Below, piece by piece: positions 17,510-27,525 of a DNA stretch of 64,000 nt (its first letter is position 1; each line of letters begins with the position of its first letter). This DNA is from Candidatus Dormiibacterota bacterium. Lineage in GTDB: Bacteria > Chloroflexota > Dormibacteria > Aeolococcales > Bog-877. The translations under genes were made by a program, and so were the position numbers. The notes under the pieces are model-generated. The model saw only the letters and a program-made list of their open reading frames with translations. It did no database searches and had not been told where the DNA came from. The stretch lies in assembly GCA_035534695.1 (NCBI GenBank), contig DATLRN010000010.1:21333-85332 (forward strand), written 5' to 3'.

Positions 17510-18301
17510 ATGAGCGATAGGCAAGATGTGGAGCCCAACCAGTCGGTCCTCCTGCCGGTGGGCTCCTCGCCGCTGCCGCCGCCGCAGTCCATGTCGCTGA
17601 CCGTTGTCGAGGTGGTCGACCTGGGACCGAGCCTGCGCCAGATCCGACTGGGTGGTGAAGACCTCATCGACTTCACCTTCGCGCCGGGGCAGGATTTGAT
17701 GCTGCGCCTGCCCCGGCCCAACGGCGAGCTGATCAGTCGGCGCTACACGATCCGGGGCACCAATCCCAGGGCTGGCCAAGCCGACCTCAACGTGGTCATG
17801 CATGGCGACGGTCCGGCCGCCCGTTGGGCCCGAGCTGCCCAACCTGGCCAGCAGCTGGCCGAGGTGGTTGGTCCACGCGGCAAGATAACCATCGATCCCG
17901 ACGCCGACTGGCACCTATTCCTGGGTGACGAGACCTACATTGCCGGGACGCTGGCCATGCTCGAGGCTCTTCCCACGTCCGCTTCGGCGCAGGCCCTGCT
18001 CGAGGTCTCGACGGGCGCCGACGAACAGCCCTTTGCCTCCCGCGCGGGAATTCACCTCGACTGGCTACGAAGAGTAGACGAGCCTCCCGGGGATGCGGAC
18101 CGTCTGCTTCATGAGCTGCGCCGTTGGCAGGCCCCGCCCGGTCGGGGCCACGTCTACATCGCAGCCGAGCTGAGAGTCGCTCTGACCCTGCGCGACGAAG
18201 TTCTGGGCGGGGGCCTGCCCCGGGACCAGATATCCGCCAAGGGCTACTGGAGCAGGGGTAGGGCCAACGCCAGCCGCGGGGAGCCAGACGATCCCGCCTA
18301 G
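17510..18301 (+). CDS. siderophore-interacting (SIP) FAD-binding reductase family protein
   Basis: ISRRYTIRG is the FAD-binding RxYT motif. This, together with the C-terminal NAD-binding-like half, is typical of the SIP/ViuB family. ATG 17510 is preferred over the track TTG at 17501. Confidence 0.7.
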   Translation: MSDRQDVEPNQSVLLPVGSSPLPPPQSMSLTVVEVVDLGPSLRQIRLGGEDLIDFTFAPGQDLMLRLPRPNGELISRRYTIRGTNPRAGQADLNVVMHGDGPAARWARAAQPGQQLAEVVGPRGKITIDPDADWHLFLGDETYIAGTLAMLEALPTSASAQALLEVSTGADEQPFASRAGIHLDWLRRVDEPPGDADRLLHELRRWQAPPGRGHVYIAAELRVALTLRDEVLGGGLPRDQISAKGYWSRGRANASRGEPDDPA

Positions 18302-18605
18302 ACGTCACTCGGCGTTGCTACGGGACCGAGGGGTTCCAGCTCACCGGAGCCCGTTTGCCGCTGCCCTCGGATCCCAGTCGGAGTCGGGTGGAGAGGCACT
18401 TCGTCGGTCCCGGCTGACCTGCGGCCGAGGTCGGCGCTGAACGATTACTCACTTCCCGGACGACGTCTTCGGTGCGGGACGCGAGATCATGTTGACGACG
18501 GGACCACGTGGGGTGGCTTCCCGTCCTTGGTCGGGGATGGACGTGGCCGAGAGCGGGACCGGTCTACGATTCCGGTAGCTTGGTGGCTAGGAGGCACTAG
18601 AGACT

Positions 18606-19001
18606 GTGATCTGGCTCTTTCTGGCGTTCGTTCTGGTGGCCCACGAGGGCTCACACGCTCTGGCGCTTTGGGCCTTTCGAGTGCCCTTCGCGGCTCGCGT
18701 CTGGTACAGCAGGGACTTTCCCTGGCTTGGCTTTGGCTGGAAGTACTACGTGGACAAAGTCAACCCCCGACAGCGACGGACCATCTTGGTGGTGGGGCCG
18801 ATCGTCGAGGCGATTCTCTGGTGTGTGGGAGCGCTGCTCTTTCCCGCCTTTTGCTTGGGATTGATCGTGATGGCCGGAGCGACCCTCCTGCTCAACCGGC
18901 TGGTGCCCGGCGGCGACCTCTGGAAGGCGCAGCGCTTGCCCGGGTCGGCCTCCCCGATCCGGACTGGTCGGGAAGTCCCTCCCCTCTGGGCGAGCCGGTA
19001 A
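18606..19001 (+). CDS. small membrane protein with HExxH motif (putative metallopeptidase-like)
   Basis: GTG 18606 follows AGGAGG. It has an HEGSH motif in the first hydrophobic segment and about 3 TM segments. No firm family was recognised. Confidence 0.45.
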   Translation: MIWLFLAFVLVAHEGSHALALWAFRVPFAARVWYSRDFPWLGFGWKYYVDKVNPRQRRTILVVGPIVEAILWCVGALLFPAFCLGLIVMAGATLLLNRLVPGGDLWKAQRLPGSASPIRTGREVPPLWASR

Positions 19002-19080
19002 CGGGGTTCGGTTCCCGGGCCCCCAAAGTCAACTCAAGATCGCCGGGTGCCTTCTGAGACCCAGCCCGTAGACTGACCCC

Positions 19081-20364
19081 GTGGCGCCTGACACCCCGGC
19101 TGCCCCGAAGCCCGCAGCGAGCGCCGCGCCTGCACCCGAGCACAAGGCGGAGGCTTTTCGGGAGACCTCACCGGGGAGCGTTCCGCCCGGTACCTGGGGC
19201 TGGATCCGGGCCGCCGCCATCGCAGTCACCATCTTTGTTGTCTATCAACTGCTGTTGGTGGTGGCCGGCTGGCTGACCACCATCCTGACGGTGATCCTGG
19301 CCTTGGTTCTGGCCGTCGCTATCACCTTCATCGCCGATCCCGTTGTCGGCCTGCTCCGGCGTCGAGCCCACTTCCCCGCCACCCTGGCGGTGCTGACCAC
19401 TCTGATCGTGGGGTTGGTCGTGGTCTCGGGAGTGCTCTACATCGTAGGGGGACCGCTCATCGGGGAGGCCCGCGGACTGGCGGCTCAGATTCCCCATCTG
19501 CTGACCCGGGCCAACACAGAAATCAATCATGTCCGCACCCAGCTCAGCCAGCACGGCATTCAGGTTGGCGGCGGTGGCGTGGTGCCCACCAATCTGACCT
19601 CGTACATCCCCGGCGCCACCGGCATCCTGCTCCACGGCCTCTCCAGCACGGTCACGGTTCTGGTGGATGTCTTCGTGGGCTTGGTGATCTCCTTCTGGCT
19701 CCTCAAGGACGGTCGGGTGCTTCGGCAGCAGTTTCAGGAACTGCTGCCCGGCCGCGTGCGCAGCGAGGTCAACTTCGGATTCGACGCCTTTGCGGTGGTG
19801 GTCGGCGGTTACGTCCGGGCCCAACTCTTGATGGCGCTGCTGGTCGCCATCCTGGCCGGTGCCGGGACGGCGATTCTGGGGGTGCCCTTTCCCCTGGTGA
19901 TCGCCGTGGCCACCTTCATCTTCGAACTGATCCCGCTGGTCGGCCCGTTCGCCGGGGGAGCCGTGGCTCTCCTCCTGGCCCTCACCAAGAGCCCTGCCCT
20001 GGCTCTCTTCACCCTCATTCTCTTCCTGGCGATCCACATCATCGAGGGGTATCTTCTGGCGCCCCGCATCCAGGCCAAGTTCGTCCGCTTACATCCCTTA
20101 GTGGCTCTGCTGGCCCTCTTCGCCGGGATCGAGGCGGCCGGATTCTTGGGCGCCCTGTTCGCCGTCCCCGTTGCCAGCTTGCTCGCCGTCTTTCTCCGTG
20201 CCGGAGTGCTCGACTGGCGCCACAACCGCCCCGATCTGTTCGGGGCCCGGGCCGCCCAGGCGGCGGCGGTGGGTGGTGCGCCGGGGCGCCGTGTCCTGCG
20301 AGAGTTCACTCCCATCCACAAGGATCTCTGGAACTGGATCAAACGCCGGGGGCGCGCTTCCTGA
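19081..20364 (+). CDS. AI-2E (PerM/YhhT) family transporter
   Basis: It has multiple TM segments, and FIFELIPLVGPFAGGAVALLLAL is typical of the AI-2E family. Confidence 0.8.
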   Translation: MAPDTPAAPKPAASAAPAPEHKAEAFRETSPGSVPPGTWGWIRAAAIAVTIFVVYQLLLVVAGWLTTILTVILALVLAVAITFIADPVVGLLRRRAHFPATLAVLTTLIVGLVVVSGVLYIVGGPLIGEARGLAAQIPHLLTRANTEINHVRTQLSQHGIQVGGGGVVPTNLTSYIPGATGILLHGLSSTVTVLVDVFVGLVISFWLLKDGRVLRQQFQELLPGRVRSEVNFGFDAFAVVVGGYVRAQLLMALLVAILAGAGTAILGVPFPLVIAVATFIFELIPLVGPFAGGAVALLLALTKSPALALFTLILFLAIHIIEGYLLAPRIQAKFVRLHPLVALLALFAGIEAAGFLGALFAVPVASLLAVFLRAGVLDWRHNRPDLFGARAAQAAAVGGAPGRRVLREFTPIHKDLWNWIKRRGRAS

Positions 20365-20393
20365 GGCCTGTCCGGCCGCCCTGGCACTTCCCT

Positions 20394-21860
20394 TTAGGTA
20401 GCTGTTTTCCCGCCTGTCTCGATGAACGGCGCCAGCAGCCCGGGCCGAGCTTGCTCCGCCACCCGGACCGCTTCCGTCCAGGTCAGGTCCTGCATTCGGT
20501 AGGCCTGCCGCCCGGCCGCGGTGGTGGCGATCAGGTTGACCACCCGGGAGCGGCGCTGGAAGAAGGACTGATGCAAATTCCAGCCGATGATTCCCTCGGA
20601 GGAGAGCATGCAGCGCCGCCGCACCAACGATCCGGAGCGGACCACCAGGCGCCCTTGCACCACGGCGTGGCCGAGGCTGCGGTAGCGGTCCGCCGCTAGC
20701 GGTAGGCCGAGCAGCAGCAGCGCCAGGACGGCCAGCCAGGTCCAGGCGGGGATCCCTCCCAGCCACCATCCGATCAGGAGCACGACCAAGACCGGGACCG
20801 TCACCAGAAGGACGCGGTTAAAGCGGCGCCGGCGGGCGATGCGACCGTGTTCCAGCAACTCGCACTCGACCGGTGTCGCCGCGTGCAAGATCATGGCGGA
20901 AACCGACTGGGCCAAGGCCCTGGGAGCTGGCGGTAGCAGCATTGAACCACCTCGTTCGGCACCGCGGCCGACCCGTAGCTCGGTAGCGATGGCGATGCAG
21001 CGGCCACCATGGACCCAGCGCAGGAGCAGGGGTTCGCTGAACTCGACGCCCCGCAAGCGACGCTCGTCGATGCTGACTATCCGGCTGGTGAGGAGACCGC
21101 GGGTCACTTGGAGCGTGCCTGTCTGCCGAGTCAGGCGAAAGTTCCAGAAGGTGAGGATGTACCCCAAAGTCGAAGCCGAGGAGATCACGATTGCGGCCGC
21201 CAGGATGAGGGCGATAGCCAGCACTGGTGTCGAGCCCAAGCCGCGCTGCTCCAGGACCGCATGCACCGGGCCGATGCGACTCGGATTGAGATGGTCCTCG
21301 TTGACGATCTGGAGACTGAAGCCGACCACCGCCAGGACGGTCACCGCCCCCGAGAGGGTCAAAGGCCCGTAGCCGATCCATCGGGGCTGCCAGCGGGCGA
21401 GCTCGGTAGGTTGGGTGGCGTCTCCAGCGGAGGTGCTAGCGGTCGCGCTCAGGGCGGACTGATGCAGCAGCTGCTCCCGGAGCCAGGCGGCGTCCTGGGC
21501 ACTGAGCCCATCCAGCTTGAGCCCCCGGTCATCCTTGCGATCGGTTCGTCCGGTGCCGATGGTGATGCTGGCGAGCCCCAGCATCCGGTGCAGGAGGTTG
21601 GCGGTGAGATCCACCGTCCGGATCCGATCTCGCGGAACGGTGAGCGTGCGTCGCCGGAAGAGGCCGCGGCGGAGCTGGACTTGCACCGTCCCGACCTGGT
21701 AGCCGGTGGTGAACCAGCGCAGGGTGCCGGCACACAGCGCGAGCACCAGACCCGCCAGGCCCCAGAGCGGACCCTTGCCGCTGCCACTTCCTGCCAGAAC
21801 CAGCACCACCAGCCAGGGAATGTTCTTGAGGATCTCCTGGACCGGTAGAAGAACGAGCAT
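20394..21860 (-). CDS. YdbT-like membrane protein with repeated bacterial PH (bPH2) domains
   Basis: It has repeated TM-pair plus PH-like modules, and it sits downstream of a YdbS-like gene. ATG 21860 is the first canonical start. A CTG at 21938 overlaps the ydbS-like stop (CTGA) and would add the conserved WRRL segment. Confidence 0.65.
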   Translation of the reverse strand: MLVLLPVQEILKNIPWLVVLVLAGSGSGKGPLWGLAGLVLALCAGTLRWFTTGYQVGTVQVQLRRGLFRRRTLTVPRDRIRTVDLTANLLHRMLGLASITIGTGRTDRKDDRGLKLDGLSAQDAAWLREQLLHQSALSATASTSAGDATQPTELARWQPRWIGYGPLTLSGAVTVLAVVGFSLQIVNEDHLNPSRIGPVHAVLEQRGLGSTPVLAIALILAAAIVISSASTLGYILTFWNFRLTRQTGTLQVTRGLLTSRIVSIDERRLRGVEFSEPLLLRWVHGGRCIAIATELRVGRGAERGGSMLLPPAPRALAQSVSAMILHAATPVECELLEHGRIARRRRFNRVLLVTVPVLVVLLIGWWLGGIPAWTWLAVLALLLLGLPLAADRYRSLGHAVVQGRLVVRSGSLVRRRCMLSSEGIIGWNLHQSFFQRRSRVVNLIATTAAGRQAYRMQDLTWTEAVRVAEQARPGLLAPFIETGGKTAT

Positions 21861-21934
21861 GCGCTTGTCCAGCCTTCGCCAGCCGCCATCGGGACTGGTG
21901 GGAGCCGCCGCATCACCGCTCCCGGTGTGGTCGA

Positions 21935-22444
21935 TCAGGTTGCGTCTCCGGGAGTCTGCTGAGCGATGGCGGTCAGTTCTTCGACCAACCCCTGGGCCGT
22001 CGCGCGGTCCAGGCCGGTGATCCGCAGCGGGCCTGCCGCCGAGGCCGTGTTGGCCGTCACCTTGACTAGCCCAAAGAGCTGCTCGATGGGTCCGCGCTCG
22101 CTGTCCACTGTCTGCAACCGGGACAGAGGAGCGATCCGGCGCTCCTGGTGAAACCATCCGGCCTGGGTGTAGAACGCGACCGGAGTGACCTCCCAGCGGT
22201 GAACGCGGTAGCGCCATCTGGGCATGACGATCAGGTGCGCCCCGGCCAGGGCGACGGTGATCGCCAGCAAGGTCCAATGCCAGCTCGAGGAGCCAGGAGC
22301 GGCGACCATCCAAATGACTTCCAAAACCAGGAGCACGACCCAGCCAATGGCGGCTCTGGCGGTCCAGTACCAGACCGCCAGGGGACTGACCAAGTGCCGA
22401 GGCGGGCGCAACCAGGGCGCGTCTGTCTCGGGCTCCCGTTCCAC
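21935..22444 (-). CDS. YdbS-like PH-domain membrane protein
   Basis: Two N-terminal TM segments are followed by a bPH2-like domain (RWRYRVHRWEVT...IAPLSRLQTVD). Confidence 0.7.
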   Translation of the reverse strand: MEREPETDAPWLRPPRHLVSPLAVWYWTARAAIGWVVLLVLEVIWMVAAPGSSSWHWTLLAITVALAGAHLIVMPRWRYRVHRWEVTPVAFYTQAGWFHQERRIAPLSRLQTVDSERGPIEQLFGLVKVTANTASAAGPLRITGLDRATAQGLVEELTAIAQQTPGDAT

Positions 22445-22448
22445 TCGG

Positions 22449-23189
22449 CTACTGAGTTGCCAGCTTGAGCCGGGAACGCAGCAGGGTGAGTACTGACGGG
22501 TCGCCCCCCTGGCTTAGTCCGGCCTCCGAGCGTCGTCCCCACAACCAGAGCAGCACACTCTCCGGATCACCACTGACCTGGGCGTCGGGGGCCCCGTGCG
22601 GGGTTGATACCTGAACGGACTCTCGGTCCAGCGCCACCTCCCAGGCGCGACCCCCGGTAGTGATCACGATCCGTTGCCCCGCACAGCCATCGCCGGAGAC
22701 CTCCGACCAGTCCCCGGCGAGGAAGATGACGAGTACCTCGTCGACCCCGTCCGTGGCCAGCTCGGCGTCGATCGGGCTAGGTTCCCCCACGCTGAGTTCG
22801 GCATCGACCCGGTGGATGACCGTTTCCTGGGCCATGCGCCTGGCCCAGAAGCCCACCGTCTGATCGGGCGGCCACCAGGTCGCCGAGTGCGCCTCCGGAC
22901 CCCGCTCGCGGAGGATCGACAAGAGGCGCCCCTGGGCGTCTGCCAACCACTCGAGCGGGTCCCGCTCAGCCGGCCAGGCGGGGGGCCACGGGTCAGGGAT
23001 TTGCCCGGTCAGCGTGCAGGCGATCTTGTGCTCGTAGACCTCGGCAACGTGGTTGACCACATCGGCGACCGTCCAGCCCGGACAGGGTGGCACATCGGCT
23101 TCCAGATGGCCACGGGCTACCGCCGCCAGGCGATCGCCATCCAATCGGACGTGCTCGAGGAAGGTCGTGAAGTCGATGGGAGACAGCAT
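22449..23189 (-). CDS. DinB/MDMPI-like (mycothiol maleylpyruvate isomerase N-terminal domain) family protein
   Basis: CPGWTVADVVNHVAEVYEHK and WWPPDQTVGFWARRMAQETVIHRVD match the actinobacterial MDMPI_N/DinB_2 pattern. Confidence 0.7.
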   Translation of the reverse strand: MLSPIDFTTFLEHVRLDGDRLAAVARGHLEADVPPCPGWTVADVVNHVAEVYEHKIACTLTGQIPDPWPPAWPAERDPLEWLADAQGRLLSILRERGPEAHSATWWPPDQTVGFWARRMAQETVIHRVDAELSVGEPSPIDAELATDGVDEVLVIFLAGDWSEVSGDGCAGQRIVITTGGRAWEVALDRESVQVSTPHGAPDAQVSGDPESVLLWLWGRRSEAGLSQGGDPSVLTLLRSRLKLATQ

Positions 23190-23233
23190 AGGGACGGCGC
23201 TAGCCGTGGTACCGCCCGGGCCCCGGAACCTCG

Positions 23234-23593
23234 CTAGTGACGCACCAGGAGGCGGCCGCCCTCGGTGGCCGGTGGTTGGTAGGCGATCCCGTAGTGCTTG
23301 AACACCCGGGCCTCGTCATCCAAGGAGAGCTCGCCACCCTTCTCGATGTTGGGAGCGTGGTGGATCTCCGCCTTGAGCCTACCCACCTTGAGATAGTCCT
23401 GCCCCAGGGTCGCTCCCGCCAGTGGAACGAAGGTCAGGTGGCGACCGAACAGCCCGGTGTGCACGGTGACGAAGAGAGGCTCGTCGGTGCTGGCGTCGAA
23501 GTAGACGTCCTCCAGTTGCCCGACCGGCTCGCCTTCCGCGTCGACAACGTCCTTCCCTTCCCACTCACGGATGTTCTCAAGCTCGTTCACCAA
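23234..23593 (-). CDS. PRC-barrel domain protein
   Basis: KDVVDAEGEPVGQLEDVYFDASTDEPLFVTVHTGLFGRHLTFVPL is PRC-barrel-like. Confidence 0.65.
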   Translation of the reverse strand: MVNELENIREWEGKDVVDAEGEPVGQLEDVYFDASTDEPLFVTVHTGLFGRHLTFVPLAGATLGQDYLKVGRLKAEIHHAPNIEKGGELSLDDEARVFKHYGIAYQPPATEGGRLLVRH

Positions 23594-23650
23594 GTTCCTC
23601 CATCCTCCCGACTCCGCCAGCTGGGCGCGGCTCCGCCCCTCTGGGCCAGA

Positions 23651-24802
23651 TTACTCTGCCGGCTTGGGCGAGGCGAGCGCGCGCTGAGCGTGTTCGAAGG
23701 CGGAGTTGGCCGCCGGCACGCCGCAGTAGATGGCGGTCTGGAGGAGTACCTCGGCTATCTGCCCCGGAGTGAGGTCGTCGGCCGCGGCCCGTATGTGCAT
23801 TTCGAACTCGTCCCAGCGACCTCCGGAGACAAGCAGGGCCAGGGTGACGCACCGGCGGGTGAACTGGTCCAGGCCGGGACGCGCCCAGACCTCCCCCCAG
23901 GCATATCTGGTGATCAGCTCCTGGAAGTCGCTGGTGAATGCGGTGGCGGCGGCCACCGCGTGATCGACGTACTCGTCTCCCAGCACGCGCCGCCGCGCCG
24001 CCATGCCCCGAGCAAACTGGCCGCCCGTGAGCTGGCCCAAGACCGCGCCGACGAAAGCCTCCGGCTGCTCCACGTTGGCCAGATGGGCGGCGCCAGCGAG
24101 AACTCGCAAGGCGGAATTCGGGATCGCCACCTGCAGCTCCAGCCCCCGCAGCGGGAGGGCGGCCTGGTCCATGGCTCCGGCCAGGATCAGGGTCGGTGCC
24201 GCGATGGCGGCGAGCTGGCCGGTGAGGTCGGCCGTGGCCAGGGCCTCGCAACCAGCCGCGTAGGATTCGGGATCGACCGCGACCAGCTGCTGCCCGAAGC
24301 GCTCCACAACCGCCGGCTGGGAGATCATGAACTCGGGACAGAACCAGCGCTCCAGGATCTGCTCGCGGAGGGGCTCCAGGCCGTCTGCCCGGACCAGGGC
24401 CGCCCGGTCGAGCCAGTACTGGCCGGGCGCCATCTGGGCGCTGCTGCAGGCCACCACCAGCTGCTCCACTCGCTTCGGGTGACGAGCCGCGATCGACAGG
24501 CTGATCATTCCTCCCCAGGAGAGACCGCAGAAGGAGGCCTGGTCGATACCGAGACGATCGAGCAGGAAGAGGAGCTGATCAGCCAGGCCCTCCACCGAGT
24601 AAGGTCCCGGTCGAGGGGCGGACCCTCCGTGCCCGGGGTGGTCGTAGCGGAGGACCCGGAAGTAGCGGACCAGCGCCGGGACCTGCGCTTCCCAGAGGTC
24701 CAGGGTGGTCCCCAGTGAATTCACCAGAACCAGCACCGGGGCCTGGGCCGGCCCATCGAGCTGGTAGTGAGTGTCGCCACCGGTCATGTCGAGCTGGCTC
24801 AT
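23651..24802 (-). CDS. pcaL: fused 3-oxoadipate enol-lactonase / 4-carboxymuconolactone decarboxylase (PcaL)
   Basis: The N-terminal alpha/beta hydrolase half reads VLVLVNSLGTTLDLWE...CGLSWGGM. The C-terminal CMD half reads RYAWGEVWARPGLD...IYCGVPAA. The ATG overlaps the pcaB stop (ATGA at 24799-24802). Confidence 0.85.
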   Translation of the reverse strand: MSQLDMTGGDTHYQLDGPAQAPVLVLVNSLGTTLDLWEAQVPALVRYFRVLRYDHPGHGGSAPRPGPYSVEGLADQLLFLLDRLGIDQASFCGLSWGGMISLSIAARHPKRVEQLVVACSSAQMAPGQYWLDRAALVRADGLEPLREQILERWFCPEFMISQPAVVERFGQQLVAVDPESYAAGCEALATADLTGQLAAIAAPTLILAGAMDQAALPLRGLELQVAIPNSALRVLAGAAHLANVEQPEAFVGAVLGQLTGGQFARGMAARRRVLGDEYVDHAVAAATAFTSDFQELITRYAWGEVWARPGLDQFTRRCVTLALLVSGGRWDEFEMHIRAAADDLTPGQIAEVLLQTAIYCGVPAANSAFEHAQRALASPKPAE

Positions 24803-26199
24803 GCGTCCTCCTGGGGCTGGCCTGGCCGCAGTGCCAGGGCGCGGTCGATCAACTCTTGGGTGGCTCCCAGATAGGTAGCCGGCTCGAAAAGCTCGTCGAG
24901 GCCGGCCGACCCCAACAGCCGGGATGCCTGGGGATCGTTGGCGAGCTCGTCCCGGAGGCCGGTTGAGTTCGCAGCACTGCGCCGAGAGGCCTCTTCGACA
25001 GTTCTTCGAGCCGGCCCCCGGCCCTGGCGACGGCTGAGCTCGAGAGCGACGCGCTCGGCCATGACTGCGCCTCGGGTCAGGGAGAGATTGGCGGACATGC
25101 TCGCCTTGTCTACCTGAAGTCCGTCCAGCAGGTAGCAGAGCCGGTTGGTCACCCCACCGGAGAGGCGGAGCATTGCGGTCAGGGTGGTCCACTCAGCTTG
25201 CCAGTCCCCGGTGGCGCGCTCCAGCTCCTGCGCCATCCCTCCCAGGATCACGCTGGCCAGCCCGGCGATCCGCCGGTAGCTGGCGACGATCGCCACCGAG
25301 CCTGCGGCATTCCGCTTCTGGGGCATCGCCGATGAGCCACCAGCACCATCGGACTCGGGCTCGCTCAACTCACCGACCTCGGTCTGGCTGAGCAGCACCA
25401 CATCCTGGGCGATCTTGGCGGCGACCCCGGCTACCAGGCAGAGGGCGCTCGCCAGCTGGGCGGGGCGCACCCGGTCCGTGTGCCAGGGGAGAGTGGGCTC
25501 CGCCAGCTGAAGGTGCCGCGCCAAAAGACCCACAACCTGGGGCCCACTGCCCTCTAGCGAAGCCAGCGTGCCGGCCGCTCCGCCGAGCTGAACCGCAAGA
25601 CCGTTCTCCTCCAGGCTGGTCAGGATTCCCCGCACTTCCAGGATTGATATCAGCCACTCGGCCGCCTTCAGGCCGAACGTTCTGGGCACCGCGTGCTGGA
25701 GCAGGGTCCGGCCCACCTGCAGTGTTCCCCGGTGGCGCTCGGCGAGTTCTGCGGCAGCTCGCCCGGCGCCATCCAGGTCCGATCTCAGCAACTTCGAGCT
25801 GCGCTTGGCCACCAGCATCATCGCCGTGTCCATGGCGTCCTGGCTGGTGGCGCCCCAGTGCACCCAGGTGGCGGCTTCATCAGGTAGCTGATCCATCAGC
25901 GCGCGAACCATGGGCAAGACCGGATTGCCGGTTTTTGGAGCCCCGCGGCCGAGGCGCTCCAGGTCGAAGTTCTCGGCGTGGCAACGCCCTTCGATGGCCA
26001 AGGCCGCTGGAGCGGGAATGAGTCCTGCCTCCGCTTGGGCCCGGGCCAGACCGGCCTCGAAGTCCAAGAGCGCTTGCAGCCAGGCGTGATCTGAGGTGGC
26101 CCGATCCAGGGCGGGGGTCGTGTCGAGGGCACCGAAGAGACCGAGCTCGGAATTGTCCCCGGCGGCGTCGGCCTTCCTTCGCTTCTCGTCAGCGCTCAA
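24799..26199 (-). CDS. pcaB: 3-carboxy-cis,cis-muconate cycloisomerase
   Basis: It carries the fumarate-lyase superfamily signature GSSAMPQKRN and sits between pcaG and pcaL. The TTG start at 26199 is inferred because there is no ATG downstream of the pcaG stop region. Confidence 0.8.
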   Translation of the reverse strand: MSADEKRRKADAAGDNSELGLFGALDTTPALDRATSDHAWLQALLDFEAGLARAQAEAGLIPAPAALAIEGRCHAENFDLERLGRGAPKTGNPVLPMVRALMDQLPDEAATWVHWGATSQDAMDTAMMLVAKRSSKLLRSDLDGAGRAAAELAERHRGTLQVGRTLLQHAVPRTFGLKAAEWLISILEVRGILTSLEENGLAVQLGGAAGTLASLEGSGPQVVGLLARHLQLAEPTLPWHTDRVRPAQLASALCLVAGVAAKIAQDVVLLSQTEVGELSEPESDGAGGSSAMPQKRNAAGSVAIVASYRRIAGLASVILGGMAQELERATGDWQAEWTTLTAMLRLSGGVTNRLCYLLDGLQVDKASMSANLSLTRGAVMAERVALELSRRQGRGPARRTVEEASRRSAANSTGLRDELANDPQASRLLGSAGLDELFEPATYLGATQELIDRALALRPGQPQEDA

Positions 26200-26734
26200 A
26201 GAAGACCGTCTCACCCTCGCCCTGCAGGACGATGTCGAAGCGAAAGCCGGAGGCCGTCGGCTGCGCGACCAGGGTCTGGCGGGCCTCCCCATCCGGGATC
26301 GCGGCCAGCACGGGATCGCTGAGGTTGGCCTCCTCCTCGTCGGGAAAATAGATCCGCGTGAAGAGCTGGCGGAGTAGGCCGCGAGCAAAGACCTGGACCT
26401 CGACATGGGGCGCTTGCAGGCTGCCCTCGGGTCCTTGGATTCGTCCGGGCTTGACCGTGAAGAATCTAAAGGCCCCCTCTTCGTCGCTCAGGCTCCGACC
26501 GAAACCGCTCCAGCCGGGGCGAGCGTCCGGCGGAAATCTTCCATCCTCGTCGGCTTGCCAGATCTCCACCGCAGCGTCAGGGACGGGCTCGCCGGCCCCG
26601 TCCAGCACCAGCCCTTCGAGCAGGAGGGCAGTCGGATCGTCCGGGCGGACCAGGTCCTCGGACCCTTCCCAGGCGAGGCCTAGGCTGAAGAAGGGCCCTG
26701 CGGTCTGGGAGGGGGTATTCGGCAGCCGGGTCAT
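26189..26734 (-). CDS. pcaG: protocatechuate 3,4-dioxygenase alpha subunit
   Basis: It contains TPSQTAGPFF and HVEVQVFARGLLRQLFTRIYFPDE. The ATG overlaps the pcaH stop (ATGA). Confidence 0.85.
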   Translation of the reverse strand: MTRLPNTPSQTAGPFFSLGLAWEGSEDLVRPDDPTALLLEGLVLDGAGEPVPDAAVEIWQADEDGRFPPDARPGWSGFGRSLSDEEGAFRFFTVKPGRIQGPEGSLQAPHVEVQVFARGLLRQLFTRIYFPDEEEANLSDPVLAAIPDGEARQTLVAQPTASGFRFDIVLQGEGETVFFER

Positions 26735-27525
26735 GCCCCGTCCGAGGACTCGAAGGGGGTGCTGTTGGAGCCATCCAGGACAATGTTGAACTGGTAGCCC
26801 AGAGCCCACTGCTCCACTGTCAGGTCCATGGCGAAATTGCAAATCAACCGATGGCGGGCACGGGCCGGAAGTGACATCGAGATCGGATCCTGGTTCATCA
26901 AGGGATCGCCTGGGAAATACATCTGCGTCACCAACCGCTCGCTGAAGGCGTTGCCGAAAAGAGAGAAGTGGATGTGGGCGGGACGCCAAGCGTTGGGGTG
27001 GTTACGCCACGGGTAGCAGCCGGGCTTGATGGTGACGAAGCGGTAGCCTCCCTGGTCATCGGTCAGGAAGCGACCGCCGCCGGTGAAGTTAGGATCCAGT
27101 GGAGCCGGATGCACGTCGTTGGGGTGCGCATAGCGCCCCGCGGCATTTGCCTGCCAGACCTCCACCAACTGGTTGCGCAGCGGTCTTCCGGCGGAGTCCG
27201 TGACCGTTCCCGCCACAATGATCCGCTCTCCTAGCGGCTCGCCATCATGTTGGCGGGTGAGGTCGGCGTCGAGCAGAGTCGGGGCCAGGTGTCCATAGAG
27301 GGGCCCGTGACGGTCGGCCAGCGCCGCGGGCAGTGCGACCAGGGGCTGCGTAGGGGCGCGAAGAACGGTCGAGCCATAGTCGGGGTACAGATAAGGTGGA
27401 AGGACGCGATCGCCCTGACCTGGGCCGTCGACTTCAATCGGAGCCATGGCAGGCTCTGTGGCGTTGGCTCGTTCACTTTCGGACCTTAGTTCGCTGCCGT
27501 CATGACTGGTAGCCCCTGTCATCAT
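26731..27525 (-). CDS. pcaH: protocatechuate 3,4-dioxygenase beta subunit
   Basis: It contains VEVWQANAAGRYAHPND and RPAHIHFSLFG (iron ligands). The ATG overlaps the pcaJ stop (ATGA). Confidence 0.85.
   Translation of the reverse strand: MMTGATSHDGSELRSESERANATEPAMAPIEVDGPGQGDRVLPPYLYPDYGSTVLRAPTQPLVALPAALADRHGPLYGHLAPTLLDADLTRQHDGEPLGERIIVAGTVTDSAGRPLRNQLVEVWQANAAGRYAHPNDVHPAPLDPNFTGGGRFLTDDQGGYRFVTIKPGCYPWRNHPNAWRPAHIHFSLFGNAFSERLVTQMYFPGDPLMNQDPISMSLPARARHRLICNFAMDLTVEQWALGYQFNIVLDGSNSTPFESSDGA

Noticed and set aside
23237-24718. Long 493-aa + strand ORF opposite pcaL.
   Set aside because: It is an antisense shadow ORF. It has no recognisable domains and a Gly/Arg/Pro-rich composition, and the minus strand encodes a clear PcaL with coupled ATGA junctions.
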